Positions 25,031 to 36,820 of a DNA stretch of 64,000 nt are shown here, one piece after another (position 1 is the first letter of the stretch; each line of letters starts with the position of its first letter). The notes beneath the pieces were generated by a model. That model saw only the letters and a program-made list of their open reading frames with translations. It was not told where the DNA came from and searched no databases. The DNA comes from Geosiphon pyriformis uo1. Lineage: Eukaryota > Fungi > Glomeromycota. The position numbers were made by a program, and so were the translations under genes. The stretch spans positions 226,541 to 290,540 of the forward strand of contig JAAOMT010000294.1 in the NCBI GenBank assembly GCA_016748015.1, read 5' to 3'.

Positions 25031-27391
25031 ATGTCTTCAGATCCACAGAACGACGACCTCATTGACTACGAAGAAGAGGAAGAAGCAGTCCAACTAGAAG
25101 CCGGATCAGGACAGACCACAGGCAACGGTGAAGCTGGAGGTGAAGAGCAAAAAGATAAAAAAGGAAGTTATGTTGGTATTCATTCAACAGGCTTCATGGA
25201 CTTTTTGCTCAAACCTGAATTACTGCGAGCAATTGTAGATTGTGGTTTTGAACATCCTAGTGAAGGTGTGTATAACTTGCTTTTAACTTTCGACAAAACA
25301 ATAGAATTGCTTTTCTCTATTTTGCTGCGCCACACAACATCCTTTTACTCCACGGCACACATGAAAATATTAAAAGGGCACGTTTGATAAAACCAAAATT
25401 TTCAAAAATATTTCCCTCAATATGTAATCAACATTATTTAAATTTTGGCTTGATTAGCCTTGTCTATTCAAATTTTCAGATGAATTCTTGTATCCACAAA
25501 TAATGTATATCTACTCATATCAGATCAACCTCAGATAGCAAAGTTCTGATTATATCGTTATACAATCTTAATTTTGCTCAGGTGTGCCAAACTGCCCTTT
25601 TCTTATTTTCCTGCCCGTTCAATAATTCGCATGTGATACCTCCTATCCGTCCGAAAAAAAAAACTGAAACATGCCGGTTCAGCAAAATTTGAATGTTAAC
25701 CACCCACGGACGTATTTCATCAAGATGGTTTTGCTGACTTTTATCCATATCAGTACAACAGGAATGTATACCCCAATCTATCCTAGGAATGGACGTACTC
25801 TGCCAAGCAAAGTCTGGGATGGGAAAAACCGCCGTATTTGTGCTTGCGACCTTACAGCAAGTTGAACCTTCTCCTGGCGAAGTCTCCGTTATCGTGCTCT
25901 GTCATACGAGAGAACTTGCTTTCCAGATTCGAAATGAATATTCAAGATTTAGCAAATATACCCCCGAAATCAAGATCGATGTCTTCTATGGTGGTATCCC
26001 TATCAGAACTGACTATGAGAAGTTTCGAAACAAAGAAACCACCCCTCACATCGTTGTTGGCACACCCGGTCGAGTTCTTGCTCTTGTGAAAGAGGGCCAT
26101 CTTAAAGTTGGCGGTGTAAAACATTTCGTCTTGGATGAGTGTGATAAGATGCTGGATCAGCTTGGTGAGTCTTCTTTGGACTATATAATTTGATTCTTAA
26201 TAAAAAAATGATGAGAATTTTCAGCTCTTTAACCCAGCTCGTCTAAGGTTGCATAAATTATGTTATCCTTGTGAGAAAAATAATTTCTTCTGAAACAGAA
26301 AAATCGTGCCTCAAAAAACTATGGATGAAAATTTTCTAAATTCAACATTTATTCATTATATAATAGACATGCGGCGCGATGTGCAGGAAATTTTCCGTAA
26401 GACTCCTCATAGTAAACAAGTAATGATGTTCAGCGCCACGCTCAGCAAAGACATCCGCCCAATATGCAAAAAGTTCATGCAAAATGTAAGGATTCTCGGC
26501 TCTATCTCATGGGCTGTCGATTCCCTAATATTACATCATAATCGAAGTCCCCAACTCAACTGGCCAATCTCCTACTTTACTTCACACAGCCACTTGAAAT
26601 TTATGTTGATGATGAAGCCAAGTTAACATTGCATGGTCTGCAACAACACTATGTCAACTTGCAAGAGTCCGCGAAAAATCGCAAGCTGAATGACCTATTG
26701 GACTCGCTAGAATTTAACCAAGTGTGCATTTTCGTCAAATCGGTCCAACGTGCTGACCAATTGAACAAGCTTTTGTGCGAATGCAACTTTCCCAGTATTT
26801 GTATTCATGGTAAAATGACTCAAGAAGACCGGTATATATTTTTCATTTTATTCGTTGAGTTTTTTGGTAAATACATCAGAATATAAATTATAGTCTCCCT
26901 TTGAACACAGAATCCACAAGTACAAGTTGTTTAAGGAATTCTCCAAACGAATAATGGTCGCTACCGATATCTTTGGTCGAGGTATCGATATTGAGCGTGT
27001 GAATATTGTAATCAATTACGATATGCCAGACGGCCCTGACACATATTTGCATAGAGTCAGTGTCTTTTCACAGGAGCTTTTCGTGTCCTTTCGTGTTCGC
27101 ATCTCCGGATAACTTTGTCATTATTCTTATTTATCAATACATAGGTTGGTCGTGCTGGTCGTTTTGGTACTAAAGGTCTTGCCGTGACTTTCGTGGCTAA
27201 TGAGGAAGATGCCGAGATACTCCAGAAAGTCCAGGAACGCTTCGAGGTCAACATTACGGAGCTCCCTGCTGACATTGAGATTAACAACTACAGTAAGTCG
27301 ATTTCCTGGTCTCCAATTAATTTTTCACCAGGAATCCAACTAATATTCCATAAAAATGAAAATGATTTCTTTTTTCTCAGTGGCTTCTTAA
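25031..27391 (+). CDS. SUB2: DECD-box RNA helicase Sub2/UAP56 (DDX39), 7 exons
   Basis: [52 protein letters not shown]. Exons 25031-25265, 25754-26164, 26367-26485, 26590-26831, 26911-27055, 27145-27292 and 27381-27391, all GT-AG and phase-consistent. Confidence 0.97.
25323..25753 (+). promoter_or_regulatory. Structured cis-regulatory RNA element in SUB2 intron 1 (putative)
   Basis: 488 nt intron. Complementary arms 25352-25400 / 25570-25618. Hairpins 25629-25674 and 25679-25737 with complementary loop hexamers. Candidate PTC-containing cassette exon 25480-25581. Confidence 0.6.
26205..26296 (+). ncRNA. Intronic box C/D snoRNA candidate targeting LSU rRNA GAGCUGGGUU (snR69/snR71-type target region)
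   Basis: Box C ATGATGA 26208-26214, box D CTGA 26290-26293. Guide AACCCAGCTC(G) at 26231-26241 is complementary to the conserved LSU rRNA sequence UGAGCUGGGUU. Lies in the 202 nt SUB2 intron 2. Confidence 0.75.
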
Positions 27392-27910
27392 TTAAATTTA
27401 ATTTATGTTCCAAAGTAACAAATCATCTTGTTCCTCGAGATATATAATTTGTTCTGGTTCCATACCATCACCTTTGTTATTTGTAATGCCTATCATTGTA
27501 TCTTGCTGCATCGCAGGAAGGTTATAAAATAAATCCTTTCGCTTCTTTTACTTATCCGCATATCAACACTCAAGATTTCGTTACAAAAACTGTTTTCATT
27601 TGTTTCAAAAAAAAAAAGATTCCGAGGATATTTTCAAATAAAGAAATGCTTTGTCCTTAAAATTAGACGGATCTTTCAATATATGACGATTTAAAACGTT
27701 AAATAATCTTATGGGATAACACTCGAATTCGATTTCTGGAATTTTGGCGTTTCTCAAAATCCATTATATTATTACAGTCAAGCAATACTACCATAATCTT
27801 AACCCAAAAGAATGTTTTTTTGATTTTGTTGGCGTTTCTTTGCTACGAAATAACGCCTAAGCTCCTTTGACAAACCCCACATCGACATCAAAAGTATAAT
27901 ATAAATATGA

Positions 27911-30900
27911 TCATTCTTCGTCATCAATACCATCATCGGAATGTATAACTCGTTTTTTTCGATTGACTCCATTGTTATTAGTGGCCGTCGTCACACTACT
28001 GCTTCCAACCGCAGAATGATTACGACGAGATGATGTTGCAGTAGCAGCAGCTGTCGTTGAACGTGTGGTTTTTTTGCTTCGTTGTGGTGGCGCGGGTTTT
28101 TTACCACGACGAATATTTTTTTCTTTCTTGATAGTAGGCTCTTCAGAAGAAGAATCCTGGGAATCTTCAGAAGAATCCAATTCTTGTTCTGATTTTTCAT
28201 CCGACGAGATTATGATTTTTTTTGATCGTGTGGCCGGTCTTTTTGGTAATTCTTTTTTTGCTTGAGATCTGGTGTTACGTTTTCTCGGAATAATTTCTTC
28301 TTGTTCGTCTTCTCCCTCTTGCTCCTCATCTGATTTATCTTCCATTTCTTCATCTTCATCTTCAGATTTAGAATCAACCAGTTTTTTCCAATTATTTTTC
28401 TCAACTGAGAACTGCTTTTTCGTTGTATCTACCGTGCGTTTTGTGGAGGAGCGTGTTGTGCGCCTATTAATATTTGGCTTTCGGTTTTTTATTTCAGCTT
28501 GGTTATCGTCTTCACTTTGAACCTCGTCAAGCTGAACGACCTGTTTTCCCCCCTTCTGAGGTTGAGAATTAAGCGAAATATGAGAATCCTTATTGGTCGT
28601 CCCATTTGCAGATTCTGAAATATGGTCTATAAAAAGATGAATTTTGATTAGGCCCAATATCATAATCACATATAGCATTACGATTATTATGTCAAGGATT
28701 TACTGAGCTTACCATTAGTTATCTCTTTGGATTCCAAATCTTCATAGGGTTGTGAGCTCCACCAATTTTGTGGACAATAGTCTCCAAAACCAAGTTTATT
28801 TGTGAGCATCTTTAATTGCGCAAATATTCGTCTATTCAATATAAAGCGAACTTTGATTGATAAAATGTGAACGAAATTTAGGTTTTGATGTTATTGAAAT
28901 TCAAAGATCCAACCCAAGAAACTGAAAAATTCTTACTAATATCTGACTGGTTCTGGTTCTCTGCAAATTCCCACCATTCTTTCATCATAAAATAGAGCCC
29001 ATTTGCTTCTGTTTTTATCTCATCCACGATATAATTTTCTTTCTTTGCCTTTTCATACGTTTCTTCTAATCTTATTAACACCCATTCTAAGTAACCCACC
29101 AAAATATTAAAGAATTCATGGGTGGCACGCCGCCGCCATAGATCACACACTGAAATGACGAAATCAACATTTTCCTTAACACTGTCACTTCTTTTTTGAT
29201 CATAAATCAGGAAAGAAAGCACCGAGAGAAATGAAGCAGTTGGGGGTACAGTCCCAAGTAGAGTTGAAAGACCGTTAAATGCTTCGGGGTTATCTATGAA
29301 TATAATAATTCGGCAACCATTAGCAAGGCTCCTGGAAAGAGCGTTTTCCCAAGTTCCCTATTGAACTGTACCTAATCCATTTAAACCTCTTAGAATCATG
29401 GAGGTCCGGAAAAATCTTTCAACTTGATCTAATCGTCCACCCATCTCGGCATTTAGTAGAATAAAGAAAGTTATTTGCTCAAATTCTGTCCATCCTAATG
29501 CGAACACTTGCAATATAATAAAACGTTGTGAGAAAAGCAAATTAAAAGTGAACTTTTTATTGCAAGCAGAAAATAAGCCTACCCAAGATCTCGTCAAAAT
29601 TGCAGTCACCAAATAGATGAACAGTTTTCAATGAAAGATTGGTTTTTAGGATAAATGCCTGATTGAATTAATTTTTGCAAAGGAAAATTTATTTTGAGGC
29701 AATAAAGCACGGGTAAAAACAATTAGCACTCACCAAAGAAGAACTTATCCTGGAAATAGTCAAATATATGAATTCAACATTTCCAACACAAAATTCGCGT
29801 AAATCCCTCAGTATCGATAGTAAGGCGGTATGAAAAAGAGGGAGCTCTTGCTTTTGCAATAGCTGTTTGACCAAATTCACGTTAAGGAATATCAATTTTT
29901 ATGTAATATACTTGCTTTTGAAAAATATAACATACCGCCATGTCTCGTAATATCCTAGTTTTTATCTCCGAGAAAACATTTTCATATTCAATTTTTCCCT
30001 TTTCTACCTGATCTTTTACAAATTGTTTGTAAATATTTATTTGTTCAGAAGCAAACATGGTCTTATCCGAGTTTAATTCTTCACTTCCACTTAAGAAACA
30101 ATAAAGAATCTGTGAATATGAAACTCCGGTAAAAATTAAAATTCTAAAAATTTATGAATGACATACCGCAAACCCAATAATAGTATGCGAGTTCGGACGA
30201 AGTCTTGAGCTGAATCAACCTCCCCAATTTCGATCATTAATTCAGCTATCTTGATTTTGTTCACTTCATTGCCTTTTTCGCTATACCACTTCCAAAAACA
30301 TTCCAAGACAATATCAAACAAACTATCAGTGCCATTCTGTGTAGGAAATAGTTCTTTTTCAGATCCTGAGGTTTCAAAAGACTTTCGTATTATAGGGGCA
30401 ATGACACGAGCCACTTCTCGAGGTCCATTTCCCTGAGGAAAAAGACATGAAGGTTTTAGAGGTGAGATCAGAAATTGCAACTAGCAAGAATAAAATATAT
30501 TGATCGAGAAAATCCTACATACTCCACCCTGTTTACGAAACACATCCAGAATCTCTCCTAACAAACGCTTCAATTCACCTTGGTCTGTGGTGGTTTTGAA
30601 ATCTTCAAGCCTGTTGCCGTAGAGCCAAAAAACGTTGGTTTTTTTTGTTTGAGAAGAGCCGATACCATTTTTTGGTTTAAAGCTATTAACCAGTGCAGAA
30701 CTTTGTTGGTCTTTAGACATTAATAAATCCGTGACGTCGGGAAGATTTTGAGGGACCTTTTCTTTCGGAGCAGGTAATCCAAACTCGACGAAAGGAATCG
30801 ACATATCTGAATGAATTTTGAGGATTTTACCAAATATCTATTTAATAAAAAATTTTCTTGTAACACACCTGTTATATTATGACCATTGATTTTGGGTTCG

Positions 30901-33608
30901 GTTCGCTTATTTGGTTCGAAGGATGATTCTGTCATTGAAATATCATCCTTCACATTTCGGGAAATGTCATCTTGAATAATTTCCTTATCTGTTTCAGGAA
31001 GTGATGAAAAATTTTCTGAAGTTCTCGAAACGGTAGGAGTTGATTCCAATTTGACAGTGGCAGTTGGAATTTGAGGAATTACCGGAGGTAAGGACATTAT
31101 CGTTGGTGTCGTCGCTATAGGCGAATCTGGCATAATGTTAGTAGATCGAAGTACAGATATTGCGGGTCTTGCGGGCTGTATTGCTGTTGTTTGACTTGAA
31201 TTTGTGGTAGAAATATCTACAGTTTGAACACGTTGATGCCACATTTCTTTGATGTATTCACGAGTATCCTCATGAATTTTGTCCGTCTTGATAAAATCAC
31301 TAAGGGCTGTAGGGCTTGAATTAGAAAGTTTAATTAATTTTTCAAGTTTACATTAAATATCCGTTAACACTTGATTTAAATCTACTTACTAGAGAACACC
31401 ACGATCTAATATAGCATCCATTGCTAATTGCACACTTTTTCTTATCTTTTCAGAAATGGGTTTGCAAAAAACCGATATTTGATAACGTAAAAATTCAACT
31501 AGGCTAGCACTTAAGATGGAACCAGCTGGATCAGTGGTAGATTCAACTATAACCAGAATAGCAGGTTCAATTTTCATAATGTTGTCATTTGGTTGCCAGA
31601 ATAACCAATCATAAAACAAAGCCAGCTTCGCCTGAGATGCCGTCAAGGGATCTTGGATCCATTGTAATAATTTTATAAGAACGACATATCTTTTCACCAG
31701 AGTGGATTTTAATACTTCATTGGTGGGATGAATGTTGCAACATATGTATCGAATAACATCAACGACGAGATATTCTGATTCTTTCGGTAGATATTCAGAC
31801 AAAAGCCAATTAAGCCGCGCACTATAACCTTGTGCGGTGTCCTATTATAAGAAATCGAATACATTCAGGATAATTAGTGGAGTATATGATCAAAAAGTCC
31901 GGAATAAAGACAGAACATATGAAATTACATTATTAAACATGAAATTCAAAATAAAATCCATGTCAAAGGTGAGACGGGATTGTGTGAGAAATTGGGGGGT
32001 TGGAGTTCTTACAAGTGAAACTAGACCTAGGAGTCAAAAAAGTTATCAGCCTTCATATTGAATAACAATCTCAATTCAAAATTAAGGCACCTTAGTCACA
32101 TCAAACCTGGACAAGTGGGCGAAATTTTGATAGGATCATGAATAAAGTCTTTAAGAAACCGAGAAATTTTTGGATGGCGTGCCACATCAATCAATAACCG
32201 AAGTAAGTCCCGGCCGACAATTTGACATACAGAATACTGAAATAAAGAAAATAAAATTGAGTTGTTTATAAATTAGTTCTTATGTTAATTAAAATAGATT
32301 GCATACCTGTTCTGTCAAGAGCTTGAGACAGAAATTACTTTCAAGATCTGCCAATCGTTGATAGTTGGGAGAAAAGTGGTCTCGTAATGTACGTAAAAAT
32401 GTGTAAAGTGCCATCTGAGTCAAACGGCTGTTTCTGAGCAGAAAAGAACTTTGAAAAAAAAAGATAAAAACTAATCAAACTAATGAAAAAAAAATTAATA
32501 TTTTGAAATCAACAAAACTAAATAACATGGAAAACCATTTACCTGTGTGCTGGATTTGATAAGATTTGGACCATTGTTTCACATAACAATAGATTTAGTA
32601 GCGAATAATGACTCCCTAATAGTTTAATTGATAATGAGATATGAAGCTTAAAAAAAGAATACCTAAAACGTAGGCGACTATAAGTGTTTACCTCGTATCT
32701 GTTTTAAGAGATTTTCACATACTGTTGCAACTTCATTCACATCTAGTTCGATCAATTTCTCCACAATCCAAAGAAACTGATAATAGAATCATGTGTGTTA
32801 GATATAAGTTGGTTTTCTCATTAATCAAAAAAATTATATAGCTCACTTACTCGTTTTAAAGAATATAATGTGTAAGATTTAAATATCCTGGTTCGAGATA
32901 ATAAATTTAATCGACCAATCGCGTAGGAAAATGTACCACGAACGCAAACAACTAGGTTATTAAAGTGCTTAATTAAAAGAAACAGTCAGTCACGTGATAA
33001 AGCTTATTTCAGTTATTATCTCATTAAAACGAATATTATTCAATTACCGCGTCGTCATTTTCGACGAAGAGAGCATAAAGTATTCCTAGAATTATCTTTT
33101 GGTGCTCTTCAGAATTTGGTTGCTTTTAGTGATGATAATCACAAGAGATTGTATAAAAAGTGAAAGATAAACTTTATTATTAATAAAGGAAGAAAATCGA
33201 TCAGAATGGATACTTACAACAACGTTCAAGGCAGTCTGTGTTTGTATTTCACTCCTTCCTTCGAAGATGTTTCGATATGCTTCATATCCAGTTTGCATTT
33301 CCTGTATTGATCAGTGCATTAAATGAAGGAATTAGATTAGATCGTCATGCATGTGGCGTTCAATTACATATATGGTGAGGAAAAATTTTCGATGTGTATT
33401 ACAAAATAATAATAATAATATGATTTTTTTTGGATTTTATTGTTTGGTCACAGGAACATCTTTTCTACCATTAAAAATTCCGATGATTATTAACATTAAA
33501 AATGTGGCGCAGCATCCAGACCCAACATGACCCCAAGAGGCTTCTCATTACCTCTTCCTCCTCTCGTAACTCATCTAGAGCAGCAAACTCAAAGAGCCTT
33601 GACCCCAT
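27911..33608 (-). CDS. INTS3: Integrator complex subunit 3 / SOSS-A homologue, multi-exon, with a long charged low-complexity C-terminus
   Basis: DVIRYICCNIHPTNEVL...AKLALFYDWLFW...IMKIEPAILV matches the INTS3 N-terminal domain signature. First exon MGSRLFEFAALDELREEEE from ATG 33608. A chain of short introns links it to the Asp/Glu/Lys/Arg-rich last exon. The exon structure of the 3' half was not fully resolved. Confidence 0.82.
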
Positions 33609-34834
33609 TTTCCCCTATTCACGTCTAGAACCTCGCTTTCTCGTTATCTGGGTAACGTGAGCTTTTTTACTTTCTAGCGCCCTATTTACGCGCTGAACAA
33701 AAAACGAATACTATGAGACACGCTGAAAATTGGGTAATTTGGTGAAGATGGGGTCTATTTATAAAACTTTGGGAATCACAAATGACAAAAGGAAATTGGC
33801 AGATTGGTGCAACAATGCATAAAATTTGTGCATTTGTGTCACTAGACCCGCGGAAAGTTTAATGATCAGGTTTGATCACCAGCAATATAACTCAGAATAG
33901 CCATAATAATCATTTGATTCACCAATCAGAATGGTTAACGCTATCTTTTATCTAATAGACTAATAATTATAATTATGATATAGTTGATAATTTCATTTTC
34001 CATCTAAAATTCTGGAGGTAAAAATTTTCTTTGAAGATCGCCGAGCAACAAATTTTGTCCGAGTAATATTTAAGCTTAATATATATATTGAGGAAACCAC
34101 ATAATTAGGACTATAGCGGGTGAGAAAAAAGAATTTCGCATTTTCCATAAGACGCATTTTATTATAATCCAAAATCAACGAGATGAGAGAACATTTGGAA
34201 TTTTTGAGTTTTAGCAAAGTGGATTCCTCTAAAAAATCAAACACTTGGGCTCTATTATTTAAATGGAATAATAATATCCAGATCAAAATTCACTATCCTC
34301 ATCAATTTGTTTCGAGAAGACGCCCAAAAGCAAGATAATCGAATTAAACTCGAGCAGAGCCACTTTGACCCCATCAAGACCAAATATTTAAATAATTTGG
34401 TAAACTGATTTTCTGATAATCTATTCTCGTTGCTACCACGGAACACGAAATTTAAACTTAAAACTAATTGTATTATTGTAATTTAAATTTTATAAGTTAA
34501 ATACTCTGGAATTATATTTTTAACTATCAAAAGCTCAAACTCAATATGTATTTTGCACAAAATTCCAACTTGTGGTTAAAAACTTGGAAAAATCCTGCTT
34601 CTTAGTTTATTTATACAAATATTAATGATAACTTAAAATAATATTGCAATAAATTATATAAATATTTAGAATTTATTATTTTAACAATTTTTAAAAAATA
34701 CAAATTAATTGTTGTAGTTTTTAAATTTAAATTATTTAACAAATTTTACATTAATATTAAAAAATAAATTTTATTTTTAATTGTTATTATTATTATTGCT
34801 TCTTTTTGTATATAAACGCCGCATTCGTTATTGC

Positions 34835-34835
<1 letters not shown>

Positions 34836-34886
<51 letters not shown>
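34836..34886. repeat. (TAA)n microsatellite, ~17 units
   Basis: Uninterrupted taa repeats read directly. Confidence 0.95.
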
Positions 34887-34888
<2 letters not shown>

Positions 34889-35395
34889 TAAAAGCGCACT
34901 TTTTACACGTGACTAACCAGTTTTTAATATTATGTAATTCAAATAAATTTTGTTTAAGTAAATAAAATATTTTAATCAAGTTATAAAAAATTAAGAATTC
35001 ATTATTAAACATAAAAATACATTGATTTAACATATACAATATATTAATTATTTATTATATTATAATTAAAATTATTTTTTGCCTTAAATTAATTAATAAT
35101 ATTTAGTTTATTATAATAAATTTTTTTGGTATTAATTAATTATTTTAATAAATCTAAATCTAAATTATTATTATTATTATTATTACAATATTAATTTTAA
35201 ATATATAGTTTTTATTACTTTAAATTTGTTGATTATTAAAGATTTTATATTAGTTTTACATATAAAGATTTTTTGTTTTTGTCTTTCTAACAAAGGACCA
35301 ATAACCTGTAACCACGCCAATATTTATTATTTACAAATGTTCTATGCCTCGCAGTTATTCCGTTCGCTCTTGTTCACCTATTATCAAGAGTCCTA

Positions 35396-36638
35396 ATGGC
35401 TCCTCATAAGCACATAATTTCTGCGACTTATTTATTAGCGCTATCATTTTGCCTACTCGTAGGTTCTATATTTTCTTCGAACCTGGTTAACGCAGCGAAA
35501 GGCCCAGCTATTACTCATAAAGGTATGTCCTTCAATTTGGCTTCCGGCGGTTATGTTACATGAAATTATGTTCAACATAAGGTGCTTTTTGTTGAAAAAT
35601 CCCTGAAATACCAGGGGTTTTTTGGGCAATCTTAAAGCGTGTATAAGCATATAGCATACATACTCAAAAGTTTCATAAGCAAATCGAGTTATTTTTAATG
35701 ATAATATCAAGAATTTGCCCTATATTATTGAGATTTTATTTTTAACAATTCTCACTCTAAAATCTTCAATCCTAAAGTATTTTTCGATATTAAACATGGA
35801 GACGAAAATCTTGGTCGTATAGTTATTGGCTTATATGGAAAAGTATATTGTTTTAATTCGAAATATCTTAAATCTTCAATTGATTTCATATCACATGGTT
35901 TTCTAATACAAGTTTTTTCTTCTCGTATCAAATTGAACACGATTAATAGACTGTGGAAAATACAGTCAATAATTTTCGCGCATTAGCTACTGGAGAAAAG
36001 AGCACGGATGAAGAAGTTTTATGGTATAAAGGCTCAAAATTTCATCGTGTGATTAAGGTATCTGTCCTAGTTACTATTTTAATAATTATAATTCCAGAAA
36101 ACTAATTCATTATCAAAATTTCAAAAACGTAGAACTTTATGATTCAAGGTGGAGACTTCACTAGAGGCGATGGTACCGGTGGTAAATCTATCTATGGGGA
36201 AAAATTTCCGGATGAGAATTTCAAACTTCGTCATACTGGACCTGGTATTTTGAGTATGGCAAACGCTGGAAAGGATACCAATGGATCACAGGTAAAATGT
36301 CATTACCATCAATATCCTATCTCGTTAAGAGCTTTTTTCTAATTTATTGCTTAATATGATTTCTAATCTCCAAATTTGCGTGAATATTGATTGCAATCAA
36401 CAAACACTTCACAAAACCCACGATATGAATTCAGTTCTTTATATGTACTGTTAAGACTGCTTGGCTTGATAAAAAACACGTCGTTTTTGGGACTGTTCTC
36501 GAAGGTTTGGACATTGTACACAAGATAGAAAATGTAGATACCGATTCTCAGGATCGTCCTCTAGTGGACGTCGTAATCGCCGACAGCGGTGAAATTCCAA
36601 TCAAGGAAAGTGAAGAATCTTTACATAATGAATTATAG
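35396..36638 (+). CDS. ER-luminal cyclophilin (cyclophilin B / Cpr5-like peptidyl-prolyl isomerase), multi-exon
   Basis: Signal-peptide-like [34 protein letters not shown], then [58 protein letters not shown] and [11 protein letters not shown]-terminal HNEL before TAG 36636-36638. Confidence 0.95.
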
Positions 36639-36820
36639 AGAATTCAATCAGAATATTGAAATATGACCGAGGAAAATTCTTATTTATGATCCTTTGGATC
36701 ATACATCGAGTATTTAATTATTTAAATTCCTGGGAATTACTCGTTTCATCTATTACCTGTTTCAAACTTGGTCTCCGATACCCTTTCACTTCCACTTTCC
36801 TTTCATTGACCTGATAATAG

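Noticed and set aside
25266-25387. Read-through extension of SUB2 exon 1 (118 aa ORF)
   Set aside because: Homology stops at HPSE, where a GT donor splices in phase to VQQECIP. The extension is intron sequence, relevant only as a retained-intron product.
34746-35039. 97 aa ORF with poly-Leu
   Set aside because: An artefact of the (TAA)n microsatellite read on the minus strand in AT-rich DNA.
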